DNA of 64,000 nucleotides from Escherichia coli (GTDB lineage Bacteria; Pseudomonadota; Gammaproteobacteria; Enterobacterales; Enterobacteriaceae): NCBI RefSeq assembly GCF_044324875.1, contig NZ_CP172185.1; one strand, 5' to 3'. Shown piece by piece: positions 51,403 to 62,938 of this stretch (position 1 is its first letter; each line of letters starts with the position of its first letter). The notes under the pieces were generated by a model. It saw only the letters and a program-made list of their open reading frames with translations, ran no database searches and was not told where the DNA came from. The position numbers and the translations under genes were made by a program.

Positions 51403-52543
51403 GCAGCACCTCCAGCAGACGGTCGATATCCTGCATTTCATGCGCGGCGGTTAGTGTTAAGCGCAGTCGCGCAGTACCAGCGGGTACGGTTGGCGGGCGA
51501 ATCGCCGTGACCCAGCAGCCTTGCTGGCGCAGTTTTTCTGCCAGTTGTAACGCACGGCTGTTATCACCAACAATCAATGGCTGGATGGCGCTGCATGAAT
51601 CAGCAAGCGTAAACGGCAAATCCTGTACTCCGGCACGAAAACGCGTAATGAGTGCCGCCAGTTTTTCGCGCCGTGCATCACCCTCATCACTGCGAATGAC
51701 CGCCAGCGATGCACGTAATGCCTGCGCCTGAGCGGGCGGCATACTGGTGCTGTAAATAAGATGGCGGGCAAATTGCACCAGATAATCCGCCACCGTACTG
51801 GAGCAAAGCACCGCTGCCCCGCTGACGCCAAATCCTTTGCCAAAAGTCACCACCAGCAATTCTGGTTTTACCTTTTGCAGCCAGCAGCTGCCGCGCCCCT
51901 GCTCCCCGATAACGCCCGTGCCGTGGGCATCATCAACCATCAACCAGCCATTGTGCTGTTGCGTTACTTGCTGGATTTCCGCCAGTGGCGCACTATCGCC
52001 GTCCATGCTGAACACGCCTTCTGTCACCACCAGTTGCTGCCCCGGACAGGGGGAAGCAAGCAGTCGCGCCAGATGAGCGACATCGTTATGGGTAAAACGT
52101 CGAAGCTGCGACGGGCTTAAACTGGCAGCCTCCAGCAATGAGGCATGGCTAAGCCGGTCGGCAACAATACGGTCCTCTTTCGCCATCATCGCGGCAATGA
52201 CCGCCTGATTAGCGGCAAAACCAGAGATAAACAGCAGTGCCCGCGAATAGCCCAGCCACTCGGCCAGTTCTTCTTCCAGCGCCTGATGCGCCACGCTATA
52301 ACCGCTGACGTGACCGGAACCGCCGCTACCGACGCCAAATTGCTCCGCTCCCTGCTTCCATGCACGAATGATGTCCGGATGATGGCTTAAGCCGAGGTAA
52401 TCATTGCAGGAAAAGTTCAGATACTGGCGATCATCCGCCACCAGCCAGCGTCCGGCCCCTTGCGCCACCGGATAACGGCGACGCAGGGCATCGGCAGCAC
52501 GCCGCGCATCGAGCGCCGCGTTGATTTTCTCCTGCCAGCTCAT
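51389..52543 (-). CDS. bioF: 8-amino-7-oxononanoate synthase BioF
   Basis: 384 aa. Confidence 0.95.
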
Positions 52544-53580
52544 AGTGCTGCCGCGTTGTAATATTCGTCAGTGTCCGGGGTCATCAGTGCCTGCTCCAGA
52601 CGCTGCTGTTGTTCGTTATCCCCTGCCAGCACGGCAGTTTGCTGCGGATTTAGCCCCAGTTTGCGGAACAGTTGCAGGTCTTTATCTTCTTCCGGATTCG
52701 GCGTGGTTAGCAGTTTGCAACCGTAGAAAATCGAGTTTGCCCCGGCCATAAAGCACATCGCCTGAGTCTGTTCATTCATCTGCTCGCGTCCGGCAGAAAG
52801 GCGCACGTATGAGGTCGGCATCATGATCCGCGCTACGGCAATGGTGCGAATAAAATCAAAGGCATCGACATCATCGTTATCCGCCAGCGGTGTGCCTTTC
52901 ACCTTCACCAGCATGTTGATTGGCACGCTTTCCGGCGGCGTCGGCAGGTTTGCCAGTTGCAGTAATAATCCGGCGCGATCTTTCACCGTTTCGCCTAAGC
53001 CCACAATGCCACCTGAGCAGACTTTGATCCCGGCATCGCGCACTTTTTCCAGCGTATCAAGGCGTTCCTGATAAGTGCGTGTAGTGATGATATTGCCGTA
53101 AAACTCCGGCGAGGTGTCGAGGTTGTGGTTGTAGTAATCCAGCCCGGCGTTCGCAAGGCGCTGCGCCTGAGATTCACTCAACGTACCCAGCGTCATACAC
53201 GCCTCCAGCCCCATCGCTTTTACTCCCTGCACCATTTGTTCCAGGTAGGGCATATCGCGTTCGTGGGGATTCTTCCACGCCGCGCCCATGCAGAAGCGCG
53301 TCGATCCTGCCGCTTTCGCTTTGCGCGCCGACTCCAGCACCTGTTCAACTTCCATCAACCGCTCGGCTTCCAGCCCGGTTTTGTAGCGCGAGCTTTGCGG
53401 GCAGTATTTGCAATCTTCCGGACAAGCTCCGGTCTTAATTGACAGCAAAGTGCTGACCTGCACCTGACGTGGATCGAAATGCTGACGATGCACCTGCTGC
53501 GCTTCAAACAGCAGATCCAGCAACGGTTTTTCAAATAATTCTGTGACTTGCGACAATGTCCAGCGTGGGCGGTGAGCCAT
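52540..53580 (-). CDS. bioB: biotin synthase BioB (radical SAM)
   Basis: 346 aa, CPEDCKYC motif. Confidence 0.95.
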   Translation of the reverse strand: MAHRPRWTLSQVTELFEKPLLDLLFEAQQVHRQHFDPRQVQVSTLLSIKTGACPEDCKYCPQSSRYKTGLEAERLMEVEQVLESARKAKAAGSTRFCMGAAWKNPHERDMPYLEQMVQGVKAMGLEACMTLGTLSESQAQRLANAGLDYYNHNLDTSPEFYGNIITTRTYQERLDTLEKVRDAGIKVCSGGIVGLGETVKDRAGLLLQLANLPTPPESVPINMLVKVKGTPLADNDDVDAFDFIRTIAVARIMMPTSYVRLSAGREQMNEQTQAMCFMAGANSIFYGCKLLTTPNPEEDKDLQLFRKLGLNPQQTAVLAGDNEQQQRLEQALMTPDTDEYYNAAAL

Positions 53581-53619
53581 GGGGCTTCTCCAAAACGTGT
53601 TTTTTGTTGTTAATTCGGT

Positions 53620-53660
53620 GTAGACTCGTAAACCTAAATCTTTTCAATTTGGTTTACAAG
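53620..53660. promoter_or_regulatory. bio operator (BirA binding site) between divergent bioB and bioA
   Basis: CGTAAACCTAAATCTTTTCAATTTGGTTTACAAG is the imperfect palindrome of the bio operator as remembered. Confidence 0.75.
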
Positions 53661-53666
53661 TCGATT

Positions 53667-54956
53667 ATGACAACGGACGATCTTGCCTTTGACCAACGCC
53701 ATATCTGGCACCCATACACATCCATGACCTCCCCGCTACCGGTTTATCCGGTGGCGAGCGCCGAAGGTTGCGAGCTAATTTTGTCTGACGGCAGACGCCT
53801 GGTTGACGGTATGTCGTCCTGGTGGGCGGCGATCCACGGCTACAATCACCCGCAGCTTAATGCGGCGATGAAGTCGCAAATTGATGCCATGTCGCATGTG
53901 ATGTTTGGTGGTATCACCCATGCGCCAGCCATTGAGCTGTGCCGCAAACTGGTGGCAATGACGCCGCAACCGCTGGAATGCGTTTTTCTCGCGGACTCCG
54001 GTTCCGTAGCGGTGGAAGTGGCGATGAAAATGGCGTTGCAGTACTGGCAAGCCAAAGGCGAAGCGCGCCAGCGTTTTCTGACCTTCCGCAATGGTTATCA
54101 TGGCGATACCTTTGGCGCGATGTCGGTGTGCGATCCGGACAACTCAATGCACAGCCTGTGGAAAGGCTATCTGCCAGAAAACTTGTTTGCTCCCGCCCCG
54201 CAAAGCCGCATGGATGGTGAATGGGATGAGCGCGATATGGTGGGCTTTGCCCGCCTGATGGCGGCGCATCGTCATGAAATCGCGGCGGTGATCATTGAAC
54301 CGATTGTCCAGGGCGCAGGCGGGATGCGCATCTACCATCCGGAATGGTTAAAACGAATCCGCAAAATGTGCGATCGCGAAGGTATCTTGCTGATTGCCGA
54401 CGAGATCGCCACCGGATTTGGTCGTACTGGCAAACTGTTTGCCTGTGAACATGCAGATATCGCGCCGGACATTTTGTGCCTCGGTAAAGCCTTAACCGGC
54501 GGTACAATGACCCTTTCCGCCACACTCACCACGCGCGAGGTTGCGGAAACCATCAGTAACGGCGAAGCCGGTTGCTTTATGCATGGGCCAACTTTTATGG
54601 GCAATCCGCTAGCCTGCGCGGCAGCAAACGCCAGCCTGGCGATTCTCGAATCTGGCGACTGGCAGCAGCAGGTGGTGGCTATTGAAGTACAACTGCGCGA
54701 GCAACTGGCACCAGCCCGTGATGCCGAAATGGTTGCCGATGTGCGCGTGCTAGGGGCCATTGGCGTGGTCGAAACCACTCGTCCGGTGAATATGGCGGCG
54801 CTGCAAAAATTCTTTGTCGAACAGGGGGTATGGATCCGGCCTTTTGGCAAACTGATTTACCTGATGCCGCCCTATATTATTCTCCCGCAACAGTTGCAGC
54901 GTCTGACCGCAGCGGTTAATCGTGCGGTGCAGGATGAAACATTTTTTTGCCAATAA
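53667..54956 (+). CDS. bioA: adenosylmethionine-8-amino-7-oxononanoate aminotransferase BioA
   Basis: Start trimmed to [20 protein letters not shown] (429 aa). Confidence 0.95.
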   Translation: MTTDDLAFDQRHIWHPYTSMTSPLPVYPVASAEGCELILSDGRRLVDGMSSWWAAIHGYNHPQLNAAMKSQIDAMSHVMFGGITHAPAIELCRKLVAMTPQPLECVFLADSGSVAVEVAMKMALQYWQAKGEARQRFLTFRNGYHGDTFGAMSVCDPDNSMHSLWKGYLPENLFAPAPQSRMDGEWDERDMVGFARLMAAHRHEIAAVIIEPIVQGAGGMRIYHPEWLKRIRKMCDREGILLIADEIATGFGRTGKLFACEHADIAPDILCLGKALTGGTMTLSATLTTREVAETISNGEAGCFMHGPTFMGNPLACAAANASLAILESGDWQQQVVAIEVQLREQLAPARDAEMVADVRVLGAIGVVETTRPVNMAALQKFFVEQGVWIRPFGKLIYLMPPYIILPQQLQRLTAAVNRAVQDETFFCQ

Positions 54957-55014
54957 CGGGAAGTCAGCGTGAGGGTTTCTGGCTACACTTTCTGCAAACA
55001 ATAAAGGAGGGTTC

Positions 55015-55491
55015 ATGAAACTCATCAGTAATGATCTGCGCGATGGCGATAAGTTGCCACATCGTCATGTCTTTAACGGCATGGGTTACGATGGCGATAA
55101 TATTTCACCGCATCTGGCGTGGGATGATGTTCCTGCGGGAACGAAAAGTTTTGTCGTCACCTGCTACGACCCGGATGCGCCAACCGGCTCCGGCTGGTGG
55201 CACTGGGTAGTTGTTAATTTACCCGCTGATACCCGCGTATTACCGCAAGGGTTTGGCTCTGGTCTGGTAGCAATGCCAGACGGCGTTTTGCAGACGCGTA
55301 CCGACTTTGGTAAAACCGGGTACGATGGCGCAGCGCCGCCGAAAGGCGAAACCCATCGCTACATCTTTACCGTTCACGCGCTGGATGTAGAACGTATTGA
55401 TGTCGATGAAGGAGCCAGCGGCGCGATGGTCGGTTTTAACGTCCATTTCCACTCTCTGGCAAGCGCCTCGATTACTGCGATGTTTAGTTAA
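55015..55491 (+). CDS. ybhB: PEBP-family (kinase-inhibitor-like) protein YbhB
   Basis: 158 aa. Confidence 0.9.
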   Translation: MKLISNDLRDGDKLPHRHVFNGMGYDGDNISPHLAWDDVPAGTKSFVVTCYDPDAPTGSGWWHWVVVNLPADTRVLPQGFGSGLVAMPDGVLQTRTDFGKTGYDGAAPPKGETHRYIFTVHALDVERIDVDEGASGAMVGFNVHFHSLASASITAMFS

Positions 55492-55581
55492 TCACTCTGC
55501 CAGATGGCGCAATGCCATCTGGTATCACTTAAAGGTATTAAAAACAACTTTTTGTCTTTTTACCTTCCCGTTTCGCTCAAG

Positions 55582-55596
55582 TTAGTATAAAAAAGC
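55582..55596 (-). other. lambda-type attachment-site core (GCTTTTTTATACTAA); prophage/host junction (attR, P-O-B')
   Basis: The plus strand shows CGTTTCGCTCAAGTTAGTATAAAAAAGC, the reverse complement of the K-12 attB sequence GCTTTTTTATACTAACTTGAGCGAAACG. The 250 bp to its right resemble the reverse complement of the lambda attP P arm, including CAGTCACTAT. Confidence 0.85.
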
Positions 55597-55939
55597 TGAA
55601 CGCGAAACAGCAAAAGCCAATAATATCAATGTGTTAAAATACATTTAGTCTAAAAAATAGACTTCATGATACTACAAAACACAACATATCCAGTCACTAT
55701 GAATCAACTACTTAGGTGGTATTAGTGACCTGAGACAGAGCATTAGCGCAAGGTGATTTTTTGTCCTCTTGCGCTAATTTTTTGTCATCAAACATATCGC
55801 ACTCCAGAGAAGCACAACACCTTGCAGTCCAGTGCAAAGCTTTGTGTACCAGAGTTTTCCTCATCAACTACCGCAAGTATCGATCGATTGAGACTTGGAT
55901 GATAGACTTCATACCTTTCAGAACTCATTGATTAAATAA

Positions 55940-56302
55940 ATGTTAAATATATTTGCAAGGTACACCTCGATTGGTGTGCTGAACACACTTATACACTGGG
56001 TGGTTTTTGGTGTATGTATCTATGCCGCGCATACCAATCAGGCTCTGGCAAACTTCGCAGGTTTCGTTGTGGCTGTGAGTTTTAGCTTCTTCGCGAATGC
56101 AAAATTCACATTCAAAGCATCAACTACAACGATGCGCTACATGTTATATGTCGGGTTCATGGGAACACTGAGTGCTACTGTTGGATGGGCTGCTGATAGA
56201 TGCGCACTTCCCCCGATGATAACTCTTGTCACCTTCTCCGCCATCAGCCTGGTGTGCGGTTTCGTCTATTCAAAGTTCATTGTCTTTAGGGATGCGAAAT
56301 GA
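55940..56302 (+). CDS. gtrA: GtrA bactoprenol-linked glucose translocase (flippase)
   Basis: 120 aa, ...[21 protein letters not shown]...[13 protein letters not shown]; matches remembered GtrA. Confidence 0.9.
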   Translation: MLNIFARYTSIGVLNTLIHWVVFGVCIYAAHTNQALANFAGFVVAVSFSFFANAKFTFKASTTTMRYMLYVGFMGTLSATVGWAADRCALPPMITLVTFSAISLVCGFVYSKFIVFRDAK

Positions 56303-57228
56303 AAATTTCTTTAGTCGTTCCGGTCTTTAACGAAGAGGCCACGATACCTATTTTTTATAAAACCGTGCGCGAATTTGAAGGGCTTCAGCAGCATGAAGTC
56401 GAGATAGTCTTCATAAACGATGGCAGCAAAGACGCTACAGAATCAATTATCAACGAGCTTGCTGTTGCCGACCCGCTTGTGGTTTCGCTGTCGTTCACAC
56501 GTAACTTCGGCAAAGAACCCGCCCTGTTCGCAGGTCTGGACCATGCTACCGGGGAGGCAATTATCCCGATTGACGTTGATCTGCAAGACCCTATCGAAGT
56601 TATTCCTCACTTGATAGAGAAATGGCAGGCCGGTGCAGATATGGTTCTGGCTAAACGCTCTGACCGCTCCACTGACAGCAGGCTGAAGCGTAAATCTGCT
56701 GAGTGGTTCTATAAACTTCATAACAAAATCAGCAACCCTCAGATAGAAGAGAATGTTGGCGACTTCCGGCTCATGTCTCGCGAAGTAGTAGAAAATATTA
56801 AGCTCATGCCAGAACGAAACCTGTTTATGAAGGGTGTGCTGAGCTGGGTTGGTGGTCGAACCGATGTCGTAGAATATGCGCGAGCAGAACGCGTTGCAGG
56901 AAGCACAAAGTTCAATGGATGGAAGCTATGGAACTTGGCGCTGGAAGGGATCACTAGCTTCTCAACATTCCCGCTTCGCATGTGGACCTATATTGGGTTA
57001 TTTATTGCATGTATATCATTTACATACGGTTCATGGATGATAATTGATAAATTAATTTTTGGTAATAATGTACCTGGATACCCTTCAATTCTTGTATCAA
57101 TATTGTTTCTTGGCGGCGTACAACTAATTGGTATTGGTGTACTTGGAGAGTACATAGGACGTATTTATATTGAAGTTAAGCAGCGCCCAAGATATGTTTT
57201 AAAGGATCAGAAAAATGATTGCAAATAA
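56299..57228 (+). CDS. gtrB: GtrB bactoprenol glucosyltransferase
   Basis: 309 aa GT2-family protein, [13 protein letters not shown]...; matches remembered GtrB. Confidence 0.9.
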   Translation: MKISLVVPVFNEEATIPIFYKTVREFEGLQQHEVEIVFINDGSKDATESIINELAVADPLVVSLSFTRNFGKEPALFAGLDHATGEAIIPIDVDLQDPIEVIPHLIEKWQAGADMVLAKRSDRSTDSRLKRKSAEWFYKLHNKISNPQIEENVGDFRLMSREVVENIKLMPERNLFMKGVLSWVGGRTDVVEYARAERVAGSTKFNGWKLWNLALEGITSFSTFPLRMWTYIGLFIACISFTYGSWMIIDKLIFGNNVPGYPSILVSILFLGGVQLIGIGVLGEYIGRIYIEVKQRPRYVLKDQKNDCK

Positions 57229-58702
57229 AAACAAAACACCTTTCCATTGGTTCTTGATATCTGTTTTTATATATTTCACCCCCATCATCATGGCAAATAT
57301 TCATTATGTAGATGATCAGGGAAGAGCTATATGGGGGTATACTGGATGGGCTAGGGATGGTAGACCTTTGGCTGAAATGTTGATGATTGCATTGAATTTC
57401 AACATGCACATAACGGACTTATTCCCATTTCCTGCAATATTATCAGTATTTTTGATATCTGTTTGCCTGTATTTTTTTAGCAGGATGTTTATATCGACAG
57501 ATAATAAATTTATTGGACTGTTGGTTCCTCTTGGTATTTTATCAAGCCCATTTTTAATTGAAAATGCAATGTATCGCTTTGATGTTTTACCGATGTTCAT
57601 AAGTATTGCATTGTCATTCTCAGTTGTAATATTTAATTTCAAAAAGACAATTTTAAATATTTCTTTTGCCGCCCTGTTAACATTATTTATATTGTCTATA
57701 TACCAAGCATCATTAAATTTCATGCTGGTTATTATTCTGTGTAAATATATTTACATGTACTTTAACTCAGATAGTAACAGACATCTATTAACTTACCTCA
57801 TAGAAAAGACGGTATCATTAGTTATAGGTGTTGCATTATATTTTTTGGTGGTTATTCCTTTATTTTTAACTGTTGTTGGGGACCCGGATCACCCATCAAT
57901 TAAAACTGAAGGCATTTTTTCAGTTATATATGAAAACTTAAAATTTTATCTTCATTCAATATCTAGTGGTATTTTTGGGGAATCAGGACGAGTTGCGTTT
58001 ATAGTAATATTTTTATTTTTCATTGCAATGACGACATTCATCGCGCTAAAGAAATCAATACCTAATAAAAGTATTACTGGTATTATTAATTTTTTAATTA
58101 CAATAACATCACCAGTAACAGCTTTGATATTGTCTTTTGCTACTCTATTACCACTTCAGCATCACATCGACGCCCCAAGAGTGATGATCGGTTTTTCTGC
58201 TACGATGTTGTTCTTATTCATGATTGTTTATCTTTTCTCGCGAGAAACAAAAAATTCAATAACATATATACTTGTAATTCCTCTGATTTATGTTTTTGGT
58301 TTTTTATGTTCATACACAAATGCAATGACAGAAGAAAAAAACATAACCACAGTTCTGTTTCATCAGATTAAAAATGATGCTTTCGAGTTAAGCGGAAAAA
58401 CAAATCAGATACTTATTTTTAATGGTAAAAAGAAAGACAATGATGTTTTTGTAAACGCACGAAATAATTACCCGTTAATATCTAGATTTTTCCCAGAGTA
58501 TTTCTATAATTGGGATTGGCCATTCCCTTATATGAATAGAGTTGGAGTTTACTTTAAACACCCTGGGAATACAAACATTGCAAGTGTGTTAAATGAAAAA
58601 ACCTTTTGCTCAACCGCAAAGATTAAAAGAGCATATGAATATAACTTATACTCATATGATGATATTATTGTAGTTGATTTTGACAAAAACATTTGTCAGT
58701 GA
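57215..58702 (+). CDS. Gtr type-specific O-antigen glucosyltransferase (GtrC-like), serotype-converting
   Basis: 495-aa, very AT-rich, polytopic membrane protein immediately after gtrAB, the standard position of the type-specific gtr gene. Confidence 0.75.
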   Translation: MIANKNKTPFHWFLISVFIYFTPIIMANIHYVDDQGRAIWGYTGWARDGRPLAEMLMIALNFNMHITDLFPFPAILSVFLISVCLYFFSRMFISTDNKFIGLLVPLGILSSPFLIENAMYRFDVLPMFISIALSFSVVIFNFKKTILNISFAALLTLFILSIYQASLNFMLVIILCKYIYMYFNSDSNRHLLTYLIEKTVSLVIGVALYFLVVIPLFLTVVGDPDHPSIKTEGIFSVIYENLKFYLHSISSGIFGESGRVAFIVIFLFFIAMTTFIALKKSIPNKSITGIINFLITITSPVTALILSFATLLPLQHHIDAPRVMIGFSATMLFLFMIVYLFSRETKNSITYILVIPLIYVFGFLCSYTNAMTEEKNITTVLFHQIKNDAFELSGKTNQILIFNGKKKDNDVFVNARNNYPLISRFFPEYFYNWDWPFPYMNRVGVYFKHPGNTNIASVLNEKTFCSTAKIKRAYEYNLYSYDDIIVVDFDKNICQ

Positions 58703-58706
58703 TTAT

Positions 58707-58741
58707 TATGGCGCATCGATACTTTATATTGATGCGCCATA
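58707..58741. repeat. perfect 10-bp inverted repeat after the gtr type gene (ATGGCGCATC ... GATGCGCCAT)
   Basis: Seen in the sequence; 13-nt spacer; no clear U-tract on either strand. Confidence 0.35.
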
Positions 58742-58882
58742 AATTAATCAAGTATTTGTTCCATCAGCTCGCTGCCATGATGAAGCTGTGCCGTTATACC
58801 ATATTGGAAGACCTAGCGTTGTATCGTAGTATTCAACTGGCACAATTGGAGAGACAGGCCTCTGCGCAGTTGTACCATATAA

Positions 58883-59032
58883 CAAAGATGTCAACGGAGA
58901 GGTGTAGGCCGCAAACTGACTGATGATGAAAAAAGGCGGCTGAATGCGGTACTCGACTACATCGACGCAGTGACAGCAGTTGATGCTGCCCCTGCGCCTG
59001 ATATCAACTGGCCCGCTCCCCCGGTTGCGTAG
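58883..59032 (+). pseudogene. inverted remnant of a tail-fibre-assembly (tfa) C-terminus
   Basis: Translates to ...[38 protein letters not shown], homologous to the C-terminus of the intact Tfa at 59004..59408 (...[41 protein letters not shown]) but on the opposite strand. Confidence 0.6.
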
Positions 59033-59408
59033 GCCACTCTATTTCGGGTGCCGCTGAGGTATCAACACGGTTCAGCAGTACCCTGTATTTTTTCCACGCC
59101 AGCAGTAACGTCTGTTCATCGTCTGTCGCCATTTCCAAATCAACGGCATCCTGCAGCGGTGCTATTGCGTTATTTGCTACGGTCAGTAGTGCTGATTTCT
59201 GCAGCTCAGCCTCCGCAACTAACGCGTTGTGAGAGCGTTCTGGGGGAGGTGGCGCGGTAAATACTCCGTCTGAATATGACCAACCGATGCCAGCATCGCC
59301 GTTTAACGGAACTAAATTACCAGCCTCTGGTTTCCATTCAGAAATTCCGTCCCAGATAATGACATCAATAACAACGTTATTATCAACAACTGCATAAACA
59401 TCATTCAT
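59004..59408 (-). CDS. tail fibre assembly protein (Tfa)
   Basis: 134 aa; conserved Tfa C-terminal motif ...APEIEWP... Confidence 0.85.
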   Translation of the reverse strand: MNDVYAVVDNNVVIDVIIWDGISEWKPEAGNLVPLNGDAGIGWSYSDGVFTAPPPPERSHNALVAEAELQKSALLTVANNAIAPLQDAVDLEMATDDEQTLLLAWKKYRVLLNRVDTSAAPEIEWPTQPGERAS

Positions 59409-60341
59409 TTACATGTACTCCCGAATTACCAGCACGCCATTAGCTCCGTGCCCGCCACGTCCTGACGTGTGTGAATAGCTATTATCGTATGCACCCCCGC
59501 CGCCGGAGCCAGAGCAAACTCCAGAATTACCGCTCAGTTGCCCAGCGCGGCCGCCGCCACCCCAATAGCTCGATGCCCCATTGCCTACTAATAGCGCCTG
59601 GCCCGCCTGTCCGTCTGAACCGTCTCCGCCTTGTTCAGTTTTATAACCGCCAGAGCCTGAACCACCGAGCCCGCCAGCGGTATTTGTAGCGCCGCCCCAT
59701 TGCCCACCCTGGCCGCCGAGCGCAGTTAATGTCATGAACGAACTATGACCGCCATTATTTCCAGACCCTGGCCCATTGGCACCACTACCACCGCTACCAA
59801 TTGTCACTGTATAGGTCCCTGGCCCGGCATCGTTGTCTGTCGCATAAATAGTGGCAAAAACAGTACCTCCGGCTCCTCCGCCAGCCCCTGAAAATGTCTG
59901 ATTTGCGTTCTCCGCGTTACATCCACCGCCACCGCCGCCCGCCGCAGTCAGAATAACGTCAATTCGTTTTACGTCAGCTGGCCACGTATATGAACCCGAC
60001 GATGAAAAAACGACAGTTTTGCTGTAACGCCCCGAGCCATCTCCCAAACCAAGGTTTTCGAGAGCCGTTTTCACCGTGCCATCCGATTTGATATCGCCAA
60101 ACGGATTCTTGCGGCTTAACAGCAGCTCACGAAGCGCTGTAAGCAACTGGTCATGCCGCCCCTTCTCCAGGCTGGCACCGGATGCCTCCACCACGCTGCA
60201 AAGCTCCTCCTGCAACATGTCAAAGTAGTCATCATCCAGATCGGTGGCAGGCGTGCCGGTCTGGGGGTTACCACGGGTAAAACCGTTCTTACCCGCGCCG
60301 AACTTATCCTTCTGCGCGGTTTTCGTGTCTATACGATGCAT
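59409..60341 (-). CDS. phage tail fibre protein with glycine-rich C-terminal region
   Basis: 310 aa; conserved tail-fibre N-terminus ([46 protein letters not shown]...) followed by extensive Gly-rich repeats. Confidence 0.85.
   Translation of the reverse strand: MHRIDTKTAQKDKFGAGKNGFTRGNPQTGTPATDLDDDYFDMLQEELCSVVEASGASLEKGRHDQLLTALRELLLSRKNPFGDIKSDGTVKTALENLGLGDGSGRYSKTVVFSSSGSYTWPADVKRIDVILTAAGGGGGGCNAENANQTFSGAGGGAGGTVFATIYATDNDAGPGTYTVTIGSGGSGANGPGSGNNGGHSSFMTLTALGGQGGQWGGATNTAGGLGGSGSGGYKTEQGGDGSDGQAGQALLVGNGASSYWGGGGRAGQLSGNSGVCSGSGGGGAYDNSYSHTSGRGGHGANGVLVIREYM
60040..60064. promoter_or_regulatory. candidate DNA-invertase crossover site (gix/hix/cix-like) inside the tail fibre gene
   Basis: TCTCCCAAACC-AA-GGTTTTCGAGAG: imperfect 12-bp inverted half-sites around a central AA, resembling the consensus TTATCNAAAACC-NN-GGTTTTNGATAA. 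Confidence 0.5.
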
Positions 60342-60344
60342 GAA

Positions 60345-60929
60345 TTACTCCGGATATTTAAAAATTACGTAGGTATGCGACGGGCAGAGTTTGTTAAGCA
60401 CGCACTCGACAACGGTGTCCCCCCAGATACGCAGTGCGGAATCACAGGGATCGCCACATGTCATCCAGGTGGTGTTGGTGGCAGCTGGCATATTGACCTG
60501 CCAGTAATACCGCCATTCCGGCGCATTCACCGCGTCAGTACAGGCCGATGAGCAGGTGAACGTGCTTTTGTCGTATCGCGTGATGGTGGCATCTGGTCTG
60601 CCCAGGGCAGCAAGCTGCGCAAGGTAAAAATCCTCATTGATGCCACCCGCCAGGTTAACCTTCGCATCCAGCCGTTGCTGACGCTGGCGAAGGGTCTGCG
60701 TCCCTGCCGGAATACATTCATCCGGCAGGCCGCACAGACGCTCCCAGCGGTTTATCAGTTCGGTGGTGGTGCGCGGATCCAGCTCCCGCATCAGGGCATC
60801 CGCACGCTGATGAGCACGGGTTAATGACTGTGCCGCACCGGCAATCGCCGGATCGCTGGCTGACCACGCCGGACCAGGGGGCAACAGTGCCGACAACAGA
60901 CGGATGTAATCATCGTTTGTCACGTCCAT
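60345..60929 (-). CDS. phage tail protein (Mu gp48-like, YmfQ/DUF2313 type)
   Basis: 194 aa, position between baseplate J and tail fibre; family assignment from memory. Confidence 0.65.
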   Translation of the reverse strand: MDVTNDDYIRLLSALLPPGPAWSASDPAIAGAAQSLTRAHQRADALMRELDPRTTTELINRWERLCGLPDECIPAGTQTLRQRQQRLDAKVNLAGGINEDFYLAQLAALGRPDATITRYDKSTFTCSSACTDAVNAPEWRYYWQVNMPAATNTTWMTCGDPCDSALRIWGDTVVECVLNKLCPSHTYVIFKYPE

Positions 60930-61978
60930 GAAATCGTCCCCAGAACCGCCAGTTCATTTTTTGCAATGGAGATATTGTCCGCCGGAGCAAGCAACTGATG
61001 GCTGTATTCCCCGTTCGCACCGGAAATCGCTTCACTGATACGCGATACCTTAAGCTCTCCCTGCGGATAACCATCACGCAGCAGGAATGAACGCAACTCC
61101 GCGGTGATGGCAGCCCGTATTTCCGGTGTGTCCGGCGTCACGCGGATATGAAAATCCACTTTGTGCGCCACCGGCCTGAATACATACAAATCAGAGCCTG
61201 CCACCGGGGCCAGTGGCTCGATATGTTGTCTTGCCGCCGTTTCCGTTGATTCTTCCGGAATGGGGTTAATCAGGTCACTGCTGGCAATCATCACACCGAC
61301 AGTCCCCGTTCCCATCCAGTGTCGGTATGTCCATGCGCGGGTAATGCCGGGCACTTCTTTAGCCCAGACGACATAGTCCCCGTCAGCCCCGCCCTGAGGC
61401 GTCCAGTAATACCGCTCAATGACGCGGGCGCGCCACGTTTCCAGCTCTTCAGTATCAAATCCACCTGTCAGGGTATCTGCCTCGCCGGAAGACGGCAGAC
61501 CATTAACCGGCGTGACCAGGATTAATGACGTACCGTCGTCAGCGTTACCGACCGCGCCTGCACTTGAGCAGGCGATCGGCACGCGCAGGACACCACCGGT
61601 GCTGGTTGCATCGGCAGTTGCCGTGTACTGAACCAGGTCATCGCGCTGAATAACACTTCCGGCGGTCACCTTCAGGCCATCGCTGACACCTTCCCAGCGC
61701 ATATACCCGCTGGCAGCCGTGGCCCCCTTGCGCGGACACCGTTTCATCGCAGCATGTCGCGCCAGCCAGGACTCATCGCACAGGTCAGGCAGCATGTTCA
61801 TTGCCAGATAATCGATGTACCCGTAAACCGTATGCAGCGCCGCCGCATACACCTTTGCCCGCACGTCTTCATCCATGCGCCGGAGCGTGTCGCTGACGTC
61901 CAGCCTGGCGAATAAATCGTTACGGAGCATACTGATATTTTCTGCCAGCGTCGGGCGCTGAAATTCACTGTCCGCCAT
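60920..61978 (-). CDS. baseplate J-like protein (Mu gp47-like)
   Basis: 352 aa; size, order and sequence character of Mu gp47 / baseplate J. Confidence 0.75.
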   Translation of the reverse strand: MADSEFQRPTLAENISMLRNDLFARLDVSDTLRRMDEDVRAKVYAAALHTVYGYIDYLAMNMLPDLCDESWLARHAAMKRCPRKGATAASGYMRWEGVSDGLKVTAGSVIQRDDLVQYTATADATSTGGVLRVPIACSSAGAVGNADDGTSLILVTPVNGLPSSGEADTLTGGFDTEELETWRARVIERYYWTPQGGADGDYVVWAKEVPGITRAWTYRHWMGTGTVGVMIASSDLINPIPEESTETAARQHIEPLAPVAGSDLYVFRPVAHKVDFHIRVTPDTPEIRAAITAELRSFLLRDGYPQGELKVSRISEAISGANGEYSHQLLAPADNISIAKNELAVLGTISWT

Positions 61979-62393
61979 GCGTTATCGCACTCCACAGATC
62001 ATCAAAAGAAATCATTACCGGTCCGTCACGACGCCAGAGAGTGATACTGTTACCCAGTTCATTAATCCCGGTGCGGCGGATATCCAGATCAATACGGGAC
62101 ACCACGCCGTCATCAATCATCCATTGCAGGCATTCGCGGATATACCCCCTTACCGTCTGCACCAGTTGATTGGTCAGTTTGCTGCGCTGAAGCAGCCACA
62201 GTCGGGAGCCGTAACGGTCATTCTGTACCTCAGGCCAGGTATCCCCCCACCATCCCATCGGGACGTCGGCATTGTCATCAGGCTCCGCCCGCCGCCAGGT
62301 AAACAGGGAAATCACCACGGCGCGGGTCAGCGGATCCAGCGGTGCGCTGGCGCAGGTGCGTTTACCGTTCACCGTCAGCCACAGTTCCATCAT
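61965..62393 (-). CDS. phage GP46-family baseplate protein (Mu gp46-like)
   Basis: 142 aa, overlaps neighbours as in Mu-like baseplate operons. Confidence 0.7.
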   Translation of the reverse strand: MMELWLTVNGKRTCASAPLDPLTRAVVISLFTWRRAEPDDNADVPMGWWGDTWPEVQNDRYGSRLWLLQRSKLTNQLVQTVRGYIRECLQWMIDDGVVSRIDLDIRRTGINELGNSITLWRRDGPVMISFDDLWSAITHGGQ

Positions 62394-62938
62394 GCCTCCA
62401 TCGATTTATCAGGTTTGTCGGTGTTACTGCCCTGACCGTTCTCTCTGTGACGATGCCCGTTATAGGCAAGCCGCATCGCTGACATGGTGGTGCCGCCGGA
62501 GTCGCACAGGTCTTTCACCTGTCCTGTCACTTCCAGGTCCATTTCAAAACGTGCTTCAGGTGCATTGCGAAACGTGATCGTTTTACCTGCACCGTCCACC
62601 ACAATCCCCTCCCGGGTCAGCGTCACGGACTGCCCCTGATCGTCATAGACAGCCACCTCCCCCGTCTGCAGCCCTTTCAGGCGGTAGCGACGGTCCGACA
62701 CCGTAACAACCACCGCATGAGAACGGTCGCCATCCGGAAACAACACCACCGCTTCCGCACCACTGTTTGCCCTTGCAGTAAAACCGTAGGGTTCAAGATG
62801 TTCAACCCCGGCTTTGGGTTCACCGGCAATCAGGGACACATCCACGGTCTGACATTTCGTGGCGGCACTGATGCTTTTCACCACGGCCCGCCCAATCAGG
62901 CCGAGGAGTTGTCGCTGCATGGCTTCAATCGTCCTCAT
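62390..62938 (-). CDS. baseplate assembly protein V-like (Mu gp45-like)
   Basis: 182 aa. Confidence 0.7.
   Translation of the reverse strand: MRTIEAMQRQLLGLIGRAVVKSISAATKCQTVDVSLIAGEPKAGVEHLEPYGFTARANSGAEAVVLFPDGDRSHAVVVTVSDRRYRLKGLQTGEVAVYDDQGQSVTLTREGIVVDGAGKTITFRNAPEARFEMDLEVTGQVKDLCDSGGTTMSAMRLAYNGHRHRENGQGSNTDKPDKSMEA

Noticed and set aside
55499-55523. Hairpin GCCAGATGGC-GCAAT-GCCATCTGG after ybhB, considered as a terminator
   Set aside because: No following U-tract; may be structural, but not annotated as a terminator.
58693-58923. 76-aa plus-strand ORF between the gtr type gene and tfa
   Set aside because: Different frame from the Tfa-like remnant and no protein-like character; the homologous remnant at 58883..59032 explains the region better.
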